From a virus, in the UHGV virus genome UHGV-1286557: DNA of 41,749 nt; one strand, written 5' to 3'. The notes under the pieces were generated by a model that was given only the letters and a program-made list of their open reading frames with translations, was not told the DNA's origin and searched no databases. The position numbers and the translations under genes were made by a program. How positions within the stretch are numbered: the stretch's first letter is position 1; every line of letters starts with the position of its first letter. Of this stretch, positions 35,507-41,749 are shown piece by piece.

Positions 35507-36120
35507 TATACCGGCTCCAGGCGAGAAATAACGAGAAGGCCCGACGGCGCGGTGCCCCAGGCCGTTACCGCCGCAGCCTGCGGATAAATGCCGCCGAAGT
35601 TCGTCCCGGCGCTGTCGCGCATGATCTGCACCGCGAAAGTCTGTCCGGCGGTGGCGTTAATAACAACGCGAGACTCGATCGGGATTGTCACATCGGCGCT
35701 TACCAACTTCGTAGCCGCTGGCGAGCCATATTGTGCACCGGCAAGAAGGAGACGGGATAATAGAATCGACGTGCCACTGGCGCCGGTGCGTCCGGCCTGC
35801 AGCTTGATACGTACCGCATAATTACCCGCAACATTGAACGTTACCAGTCCTGCGGCCGAGATAGAAACCGGGTCCGTTGGTGAGCCTTGCGCCGCGCCGA
35901 AAGCAACCTGCAGCGGGGTGTCAACGGCGGTAGGCGCCTGCGTAACGGTAGATGTCGCACGCAACACCTCAACCTCTTTCACGCCGGCGGCAGCATAGAT
36001 GGGGGAATCCGCCAGTTGTGTTAAAACACCACGCAAAACCTCCGGCGTGATAGCTCCGGACGTGTTATCCGCCAGGTCCGTCGCTATTTTGGTGAACATT
36101 TCGGTTTTGGTAAGCGCCAT
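35506..36120 (-). CDS. structural protein of unknown role
   Basis: ATG at 36118-36120 (MALTKTEMF...), one nt after the upstream stop; 204 aa, Ala/Gly/Thr-rich. Confidence 0.45.
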   Translation of the reverse strand: MALTKTEMFTKIATDLADNTSGAITPEVLRGVLTQLADSPIYAAAGVKEVEVLRATSTVTQAPTAVDTPLQVAFGAAQGSPTDPVSISAAGLVTFNVAGNYAVRIKLQAGRTGASGTSILLSRLLLAGAQYGSPAATKLVSADVTIPIESRVVINATAGQTFAVQIMRDSAGTNFGGIYPQAAAVTAWGTAPSGLLVISRLEPV

Positions 36121-36121
36121 A

Positions 36122-36631
36122 TCAGCCCCGGAATACGTTGAACGATGAGCCGTTATTCGCCCCGCACAGCAGAGGCGCCAGCGCGTCAAGCGCTATGATA
36201 ATTTCGACGGTGGACCCGTTGTTGCCGTTGTTGAAGTATTCGACTGTCACCGCGCCTTCTACGCGCTCCATCGACACCGCCCGGCCGTCGCTTGTCCCGC
36301 GTACGTCCGTACCGACGCCATATTCCACGGCAGCGGCCACCTGTGCGCGGATGACCTGGGAAGGGATACTATCGACCGCAACGGGGAAACCATAAAGCGT
36401 TACGTTTTTGCGGGGATACGCCAGCTCCTGCGCCGCAGACACGCGACTACCGCACATCGCGGGTTCCTGCAGGCCAACATATCCTGCGCCATTGCGTAAC
36501 GCCTGCTCCGCTTCCGTATCGTCGGCGGGCAACTCCCAGCCATATTTAGCCGCGAGTGCGCGGGCGTCCGACAAGCTAACATAGCTATCGGCCCCAGCTA
36601 CGATGCTGCCATCCTCGACTATAAGAGCCAT
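36122..36631 (-). CDS. gp6-like head-tail connector protein
   Basis: MALIVEDGSIVAGADSYVSLSDARALAAKYGW is the characteristic N-terminus of the phage gp6 connector family. Confidence 0.55.
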   Translation of the reverse strand: MALIVEDGSIVAGADSYVSLSDARALAAKYGWELPADDTEAEQALRNGAGYVGLQEPAMCGSRVSAAQELAYPRKNVTLYGFPVAVDSIPSQVIRAQVAAAVEYGVGTDVRGTSDGRAVSMERVEGAVTVEYFNNGNNGSTVEIIIALDALAPLLCGANNGSSFNVFRG

Positions 36632-36653
36632 CCGTTACCCCCAATGCCAGGAA

Positions 36654-36848
36654 TTATTGTTCAGCAGTCGCGCGACGGCGACGACGCTGGCGATCGACGC
36701 CACCACCGTTATTGTGCGCTTCTTCATTTTCTGGCGATGTCGCTACCAGTTCTTCGGGTTTAACTTCGCCGCGTTGGGGGATGAGTTGCCCGTCAATTTC
36801 CACAAGGCCATTGTAGCGCTCACGGATCACATAATTATCATTTGCCAT
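36654..36848 (-). CDS. small protein with poly-Arg C-terminus
   Basis: 64-aa ORF preceded on the mRNA by a hairpin and an A9 tract instead of an SD. Weak. Confidence 0.3.
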   Translation of the reverse strand: MANDNYVIRERYNGLVEIDGQLIPQRGEVKPEELVATSPENEEAHNNGGGVDRQRRRRRATAEQ

Positions 36849-36886
36849 TTTTTTTTAGTCCTGTTACGGCCCCGAAGGGCCGTTAA

Positions 36887-37231
36887 TTACGAAACAGTTA
36901 CGACGGTGCTATCGGAAACGATATTACCATAACCGTCTTGCATCACAACTTTATAGGTGCCGGAATCCGCCGCAGTAGTAGAGGCTTTTACGTAGCTCGC
37001 AGAAGTGGCGCCCGAGATCGCATTACCATTTTTAAACCACTGATGGCTATACGGCTCAAGGCCGCCTGTGGCCGCTACGGTAAGCGTCATGGTCTGCCCG
37101 GCGGTAACTGCTGTGGCATCATTTAGGCCAGTAGAAAAAGACGCTGGAGAAATATTCGCCATGTCGATCTTGACCAGCTCGCCGGTATCTTCTGAAACCC
37201 CGGTAATGCGTCGTTTAATTACATCAACCAT
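36887..37231 (-). CDS. Ig-like domain protein (capsid decoration candidate)
   Basis: LTVAATGGLEPYSHQWFKNGNAI...ADSGTYKVVMQDGYGNIVSDSTVVTVS fits an Ig-like/I-set fold. Confidence 0.55.
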   Translation of the reverse strand: MVDVIKRRITGVSEDTGELVKIDMANISPASFSTGLNDATAVTAGQTMTLTVAATGGLEPYSHQWFKNGNAISGATSASYVKASTTAADSGTYKVVMQDGYGNIVSDSTVVTVS

Positions 37232-37243
37232 TTTCTATTCCTC

Positions 37244-37513
37244 TTAAGAAGCCGTTAAAATGCCCGCGGCGCGGAGTTTAGCAAGCAGGGCATTAAATTC
37301 TGCCTGGGTTGGGGCCGCGGCGGAATCAGCTTGCGCCGGTTGTAACAGAACTCCGCCGCGTTGGGTCGCTGTTGGCACTTTATTACCCGCCATTGCAGTT
37401 GTCCCCGTAGTGCCAATTGCCGGCGGATACGTGGTAGGTTTACCACTAACCTGGTCAAACGCCAGACTCGCGTCTTTCAGGCTGCGCGGCAGCCCTTTAC
37501 CGGTGGTAGCCAT
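37244..37513 (-). CDS. hypothetical head protein
   Basis: 89 aa, RBS ACAGGAGAAATG, immediately after the terminator that follows the capsid gene. Confidence 0.45.
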   Translation of the reverse strand: MATTGKGLPRSLKDASLAFDQVSGKPTTYPPAIGTTGTTAMAGNKVPTATQRGGVLLQPAQADSAAAPTQAEFNALLAKLRAAGILTAS

Positions 37514-37530
37514 ACATTTCTCCTGTATGA

Positions 37531-37558
37531 ATGTGAAAAGAGGGGCCGAGGCCCCTCC
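37531..37558 (-). terminator. partial rho-independent terminator after the major capsid gene
   Basis: Minus strand: GAGGGGCC-tcg-GCCCCTC then TTTTCACATTCA. Confidence 0.6.
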
Positions 37559-37574
37559 TGATTATACGCTACCG

Positions 37575-38624
37575 TTAAGCGCCTACACCAGTTACCAGGA
37601 ACGCGATCGGCACGTGTTTGCGCTCAACCACGCGGTTCCAGTTAGTGGCATTCGCCAGGTCCTGCCAGGAGGCCGAACGCGCGATAGTCTCGCTGCCGTT
37701 GCCGGTGATAACTGCACTGGTGAAGCTGTAGCCCAGCGGATGCAGCAACCAGGTTTTACGGGTCCACAGGGTTTCGACGCCACCACCGTTGCCGCGGGAC
37801 GCTTCGCGCTCGTATTCCAGCGGGTTAGTCGGGCTGCCTTCGCCGTAGCCGATCGCGCCATTGCCGAAAATGACGCTGATAAACTTACGGTCGTTGCCGG
37901 TGCCGACTACCGTCATACTGTCGTCCACCACCACGCGGTAACCCTGATAGGTGGCAAACATGGTGTTATTGTCGGCATCACGCACAAAGTCAATCAGCTG
38001 CTCCTTGCGGGCCTGCGCATAAACGAAGCTGTGCATCGCAATAGCGCCGAGAACGTCACCGGACGCCCCCATCAAAGCGTCGCCCATGGTCTGGGTAGCG
38101 TCAATGAATGCGCCGGCGTCAAAGCCCAGAGTAGCGGACACGTCGATAACCATGTCATCCTGGGTGTGGTAGTCGTCGGTAGCCGCGCGGTTGTCGTTGT
38201 ACAGGCCTAACGCAGTTGCGATCAGCCGGCGCTGTGCCTGGCGCTGCCAGAAGTTATCGAGACGATTCGCCACGGACTGCAGCGGGTTCTGGCTGGTCAG
38301 CTCAACGGTAAGATCCGCCTGGCCGAAACCTTCGTTCAGGTACGCTACGCGCGCCATCATTTCACCGGTCTGTACATTGCGCGGGGTCGCGATATCCTGA
38401 TAAACGTCGTTCGAGTAGTTCGGCTCGATGGACGTATCAATCGCTTTCCAGAAAGGAATATTTGCGATGTTAGACGGGCCGCTGGCGATCTCGGCAGCGT
38501 AGGGCGTTGGGGTTAAGATCCCGGAATCAAAGAACGCGGTTTTTTCTACCGGGTCTTCGGTCATATAGGACAGGATGACCGGTTCATTTCCGGTTACGAT
38601 ATCGCCGATAGTGGTAATAGCCAT
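37575..38624 (-). CDS. major capsid protein
   Basis: 349 aa, follows the scaffold gene and is followed by a terminator; expected abundance and position. Confidence 0.75.
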   Translation of the reverse strand: MAITTIGDIVTGNEPVILSYMTEDPVEKTAFFDSGILTPTPYAAEIASGPSNIANIPFWKAIDTSIEPNYSNDVYQDIATPRNVQTGEMMARVAYLNEGFGQADLTVELTSQNPLQSVANRLDNFWQRQAQRRLIATALGLYNDNRAATDDYHTQDDMVIDVSATLGFDAGAFIDATQTMGDALMGASGDVLGAIAMHSFVYAQARKEQLIDFVRDADNNTMFATYQGYRVVVDDSMTVVGTGNDRKFISVIFGNGAIGYGEGSPTNPLEYEREASRGNGGGVETLWTRKTWLLHPLGYSFTSAVITGNGSETIARSASWQDLANATNWNRVVERKHVPIAFLVTGVGA

Positions 38625-39340
38625 TATTTTTTCCTCTGGGCCTCAAGTTGCCGTTTAAATTCGGCTGGATCTGATTTACTGAATGCGATGCGTTCAGCGT
38701 CGTTCATTTCACTTAACGTTTTAGCGGCCCCGCCGCCTCGATTACCGGAGGCCCCGCCACCGGATGCAGCACTCGCCTTTAACAAATGGCTGAATGCTTT
38801 GTGTTCCCGCAAATGTTTGCGAAATTGTTCTGGGTCAGTAGTAATGACGTTACCATTAGCATCAAGGTATTTGGTCACTACGTCTTCGCCATCGAATTCG
38901 GTTCGCACGAACGGCGCCAGGATCTCGACGGCTTCCGGAGTAATGAAGTCTCCGGCAAAGGCGCCGATAGCCGCTTTACGCTCACTGCCAAGCACCCGGG
39001 CCGCAAGCGAGTTATACCGTGCGTCTTTCTCTGCTAACACTGGCTCGTACTGACTACGAATCGTCTTCTCGAATTCGTCCATTTTACCAGCAGATTTTAA
39101 AGCCTCCTGGTGTTCGCGCTGCCGTAGTTCCTCGGCCTCTTTGGCCCTGCGCGACGCCTCTTTACTCTCATTGAGAAGTGCGTCACGGTTAGCTTTAAGC
39201 CCGGCTACTTCTTTAGCGATCAGCTCATCGACTTCTGCCTGGGTGTAGGTCTTTGGCGCGTCGCCTCCGCCACCACCCTGCGATCCGTCATCGTGCTCAT
39301 CCTGGTACGCGAAAAGGAAAGACTGTAAAAAACGATTCAT
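38624..39340 (-). CDS. scaffolding protein
   Basis: ATG at 39338-39340 (MNRFLQSF...); Glu/Lys/Ala-rich helical; stop overlaps the capsid start. Hairpin ATCCGGG-cca-CCCGGAT in the leader at 39366-39383. Confidence 0.6.
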   Translation of the reverse strand: MNRFLQSFLFAYQDEHDDGSQGGGGGDAPKTYTQAEVDELIAKEVAGLKANRDALLNESKEASRRAKEAEELRQREHQEALKSAGKMDEFEKTIRSQYEPVLAEKDARYNSLAARVLGSERKAAIGAFAGDFITPEAVEILAPFVRTEFDGEDVVTKYLDANGNVITTDPEQFRKHLREHKAFSHLLKASAASGGGASGNRGGGAAKTLSEMNDAERIAFSKSDPAEFKRQLEAQRKK

Positions 39341-39437
39341 AGTACGTAGACCCCTGGTCTTTATGAATCCGGGCCACCCGGATTTACATACGCTAAATAT
39401 ACAGGGCAGCGCAAGTATTAACAATATATCTGCAAAT

Positions 39438-39471
39438 GTTGGTTGCAATATGTATGAATCAATATTATAGT
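39438..39471 (+). promoter_or_regulatory. promoter ATGTTGGTTGCAATAT / TTGCAA-N17-TATAGT (same module as 22515-22548)
   Basis: GTTGGTTGC at 39438-39446; -35 at 39443-39448; -10 at 39466-39471; shared downstream ATATTATAGTTAGTTCA. Confidence 0.55.
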
Positions 39472-39503
39472 TAGTTCACCGAAACGAAACCGAGGAAACC
39501 AAC

Positions 39504-40355
39504 ATGATTTTATTTAACTACCGCCCATCATTCGAAGAGGCCTGGGCTAAAACCGATTTCAGGGTTGTTATGGGTGGAATGGGTGACGATACCGCAATGC
39601 TTATTGCAGAAATGTATAAAAGAGGGTACGAGCCCGATGAGATAGTTTTCTGCGACACCGGATCCGAGTTCCAACATACTTATGAGTTTATCGGGTTTCT
39701 CCGTAGCTGGTGTAACGCTAAAAAATGGTCAAAGGTCGTAGTCCTGCGTAAATGGGATAAGCACGGAGAACCGTTAAGCGTTATTGGCACCGCGGAGGCC
39801 AATAACGATTTACCTGCTGCCGCTTTTGGTAAGAAGACGTGTAGCCTGCGATACAAAACCGAGACTGCTGATAAATATTTCAATAACCATCCAAAAGCGT
39901 GGGCCGCGTGGGGCGTTGACGGTAAGGGTAAAAAACTTAACACCCATACCGGAAGTATTTTACGTATCGTTGGGATCAATGCCGACGAACCGAACCGCGC
40001 GGCTAAATGGCAGCCAGAGGATAAGTGGTGCCAGGTATTCCCTTTATTCGATTGGGATATCGGCGAAAAAGAATCCTTGGCTGTCGAAGAAGTTGGTCTG
40101 TATTACCCCGGTAAATCTAGCTGCATATGCTGTCCCCATCTTACCGGAGGGGAGTTGTATATGCTAAAAATGCAATATCCAGAAGACTATGAACGCGTCC
40201 GTAGAATAGAGAAGAATTATCAGGAAACAAAGATGACGGCGGAAAGCACTACGATAGGCTTGTGCCGTGGTAAGACTATTGACCAAAAGCTGAATGAGTT
40301 TTTAACATGTGGCGTTGACCGCGCCGAAGGGGGTAAATGTGAGGCGTGCAAATGA
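39504..40355 (+). CDS. PAPS-reductase / DndC-like ATP-pyrophosphatase family protein (degenerate PP-loop, C-terminal Cys cluster)
   Basis: 283 aa. VVMGGMGDDTAML sits in the PP-loop position (SGGxDS degenerate); CICCPH...CEAC. Opposite strand to flanking structural genes, with its own promoter and terminator. Confidence 0.5.
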   Translation: MILFNYRPSFEEAWAKTDFRVVMGGMGDDTAMLIAEMYKRGYEPDEIVFCDTGSEFQHTYEFIGFLRSWCNAKKWSKVVVLRKWDKHGEPLSVIGTAEANNDLPAAAFGKKTCSLRYKTETADKYFNNHPKAWAAWGVDGKGKKLNTHTGSILRIVGINADEPNRAAKWQPEDKWCQVFPLFDWDIGEKESLAVEEVGLYYPGKSSCICCPHLTGGELYMLKMQYPEDYERVRRIEKNYQETKMTAESTTIGLCRGKTIDQKLNEFLTCGVDRAEGGKCEACK

Positions 40356-40494
40356 TGAAACCAATGGCAAAGCGTAACCCGACGAAGTACCAGCAACGGC
40401 GCCGGGTTTTCCTGGCCTATCTTCCGGCAGCGTGGGTGGCTATAGCCTTCGTCTGCTGGGGCCTGGCCTGGCTGATAAAAAACGCCCCATTATA
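40351..40494 (+). CDS. small membrane protein (47 aa)
   Basis: Not in the ORF track. ATGA overlap with the PAPS-like gene; MMKPMAKRNPTKYQQRRRVFLAYLPAAWVAIAFVCWGLAWLIKNAPL; stop inside the terminator loop. Confidence 0.4.
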
Positions 40495-40510
40495 GGGGCG
40501 TTGTTATATT
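40476..40510. terminator. bidirectional terminator shared by convergent genes
   Basis: AAAAA-AACGCCCC-attata-GGGGCGTT-gTTaTaTT; the stop codons of the plus-strand small gene and of Rz1 both lie in the loop. Confidence 0.7.
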
Positions 40511-40738
40511 CCGGATCCAGTTCTGCAGCTGATACACCTGCAGCCTTAACTTTCTCCCGCAATCCATGTTCTGCACGTCTGCATTGAGATCTGCATCACT
40601 GTCCTTTTCCGCCGGCTGAAACTGGCACGGCTTCGTCATCATAGCCGGGGATGGCGTTGGCATTATCGATGGCACGTTGTTTAATCCGCACCCGCTCATC
40701 GTCAAAAGTACAGCGCACACGATCAGGATTTTGCACAT
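40490..40738 (-). CDS. o-spanin Rz1 (proline-rich outer-membrane lipoprotein)
   Basis: MCKILIVCAVLLTMSGCG is a lipobox; PTPSPAMMTKP; starts inside Rz in another frame and extends past its end (overlapped architecture). Confidence 0.7.
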   Translation of the reverse strand: MCKILIVCAVLLTMSGCGLNNVPSIMPTPSPAMMTKPCQFQPAEKDSDADLNADVQNMDCGRKLRLQVYQLQNWIRNITTPL

Positions 40739-40988
40739 ATTTAACCACCTCTCGGGTTATCACTACGGTTTTCTCGGCGCCGGCCTGTTCGGCTTCGGCG
40801 GCCTTCGTATCGTTTACCTGCTGCGCGGTTACCCGTTTCGCCAGTGTCGCCCGGGCCTTTTCTTCCTGCTGTGCTACCAGCTTCGCGCGACCTTCATTCC
40901 AGCCGTTCCTGTACTGCCATTGGCCGTAAATAAACGCAACCAACAACCCGATACTAAGCGCTATACAGATATTTTTCAGCCCCATCAT
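40596..40988 (-). CDS. i-spanin Rz
   Basis: Start at MMGLKN (ATG 40986-40988, RBS AAGGTGG); N-terminal TM, then a Gln/Ala/Glu/Lys-rich coiled coil. Confidence 0.7.
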   Translation of the reverse strand: MMGLKNICIALSIGLLVAFIYGQWQYRNGWNEGRAKLVAQQEEKARATLAKRVTAQQVNDTKAAEAEQAGAEKTVVITREVVKYVQNPDRVRCTFDDERVRIKQRAIDNANAIPGYDDEAVPVSAGGKGQ

Positions 40989-41009
40989 TCCACCTTTACA
41001 TTGCTGCCG

Positions 41010-41290
41010 TTGACTTCTCGCAAAATAAATGATACGATCAGCTTCGCTTTTGAGCGACGCCCCGCTAGGGCGGGCGCGCAACAAGCAATTGAAGTGATCG
41101 ATTCAGCCTACCTCGTTATAACTCCTTGATTTCACTCACTTAATTTCGTCACTCGCAAACTAAAACGGCAGCAACCAACGAAATTAACCTAAGTCCTTGA
41201 TATTTATACTCGCAATTCGACTCGCAAAATTTTGCGAGTCTTGCGAGCCGCCGTTACACGTAATTTATTACGAGTTCCCGGACAGGAATT
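41010..41290. repeat. repeat B: second copy of the iteron/palindrome cassette
   Basis: 18-bp perfect palindrome CTCGCAAAATTTTGCGAG at 41221-41238; TTGCGAG half-sites; TGATACGATCA; hairpin CGCCCCGC-tag-GGCGGGCG; GCAACCAAC at 41171-41179. Begins at the last codons of the MuF gene. Confidence 0.8.
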
Positions 41291-41749
41291 TTGCAACGCG
41301 TTTATCGTTGTCCGCCATCTCGCGCAGGGTCAGCGGCCGGCCGAAACCGTCTACCGACGCAGCCCGGAATTCCTCCGCAGTCATGCCGCTATTACGGAAA
41401 ATATTACCCCGAACCGGGCCGAGCGCTTCATCCTGGAACCACGCCGGCTGCATCTGCAGGAATTCATAGTATGACGTGTCGGCGTCTACCTGTGTGCCTC
41501 CGTCGGCCCCTCGCGCAGCCCGCTTCCCGCCGACATCAAGGAAGTCGAACTCGCTGCTGATCACCGGCGCGGTGGTCGTCCTGCAGTTCGGATGCAGCGG
41601 CGGCAGCGGCCCCTTGCCGATATCGTAGACCTTGCCATGCGGCAGGTTACGGCAAATCGACGAGGTGCGCTTGTCCAGGGTCACCACCAGCTCGTAGCCT
41701 TCCACAATATCGTCGTTTTTCTGGTATACGAGGTTTTTCGCTTCGGTCG
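41268..41749 (-). CDS. head morphogenesis protein (Mu F / SPP1 gp7-like), C-terminal part; gene enters from beyond the window end
   Basis: The frame is open to 41749 (the listed start at 41705 is a GTG). ...LVVTLDKRTSSICRNLPHGKVYDIGKGPLPPLHPNCRTT is the second half of the Mu_F domain. Confidence 0.6.
   Translation of the reverse strand, partial: TEAKNLVYQKNDDIVEGYELVVTLDKRTSSICRNLPHGKVYDIGKGPLPPLHPNCRTTTAPVISSEFDFLDVGGKRAARGADGGTQVDADTSYYEFLQMQPAWFQDEALGPVRGNIFRNSGMTAEEFRAASVDGFGRPLTLREMADNDKRVAKFLSGNS

Noticed and set aside
37260-38210. 316-aa plus-strand ORF antisense to the major capsid gene, and similar long antisense ORFs (14411-15094, 17619-18335, 20174-20938, 30377-31135, 31205-31831)
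   Set aside because: High-GC alternative-frame artefacts. Translations are Arg/Ala/Gly-rich without motifs, and each is fully covered by a well-supported gene on the other strand.
9085-41290. Possibility that the two ~290-bp repeats are terminal repeats/att sites of an integrated prophage or LTR-like element
   Set aside because: They are 32 kb apart in direct orientation, but phage genes continue on both sides of each copy, and no integrase, tRNA or host genes are seen.
1-41749. CRISPR arrays, tRNA/rRNA genes, transposases/IS elements
   Set aside because: No short regularly spaced direct repeats with unique spacers, no cloverleaf-like or rRNA-like stretches, and no DDE transposase or inverted-repeat signatures were seen by eye. 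tRNAs cannot be excluded without a dedicated scan.

Overview
This window looks like a near-complete ~41.7-kb genome of a tailed dsDNA phage with siphovirus-type tail genes, probably from an enterobacterial host (tail-spike depolymerase, Rz/Rz1, lipoprotein moron). No integrase, excisionase, S24-type CI repressor or partition genes are visible. The window seems to be cut inside one gene: the minus-strand MuF/SPP1-gp7-like head morphogenesis gene starts at 568 and runs off position 1, and its Mu_F-domain C-terminal half (PLHPNCR) re-enters at 41749..41268. That implies a circularly permuted genome with only a few dozen bp missing.

Layout:
- Minus strand, 11958 -> 1: XRE-HTH regulator, AEP primase fused to a RecA-like helicase, about 10 small genes, an AP2-domain protein, a lysis cassette (two membrane proteins and a GH24 endolysin), 5 small genes, TerS, TerL, portal, MuF.
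- Plus strand, 12167 -> 22512: early/replication operon: acidic disordered protein, DUF2800 Cas4-like nuclease, DUF2815 SSB, family-A DNA polymerase, VRR-NUC, SNF2 helicase, a C5-cytosine MTase that needs two frameshifts, and a phage Dam-type N6A MTase.
- Plus strand, 22515 -> 23130: self-contained moron (promoter, 48-aa protein, lipoprotein, terminator).
- Minus strand, 39340 -> 23136: scaffold, major capsid, decoration and connector proteins, major tail, G/GT chaperones, tape measure, minor tail proteins, J-like tip, tail spike.
- Antisense insertions in the structural region: two small genes at 32749-33104, and a PAPS-reductase-like gene plus a small TM protein at 39504-40494.
- Spanins Rz/Rz1 at 40490-40988, about 34 kb away from the holin-endolysin pair.

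Most interesting non-coding structure:
- Two diverged ~290-bp direct repeats (9085-9372 and 41010-41290) carrying TTGCGAG iterons and an 18-bp perfect palindrome.
- A 9-mer core GTTGGTTGC (17-mer ATGTTGGTTGCAATAT) present nine times, always intergenic.
- Three TTGCA(A/G)-N18-TATACT promoters, one of which fires straight into a terminator hairpin in front of the holin. This is a lambda pR'/tR'-like arrangement, with the AP2-domain protein sitting in the Q position.
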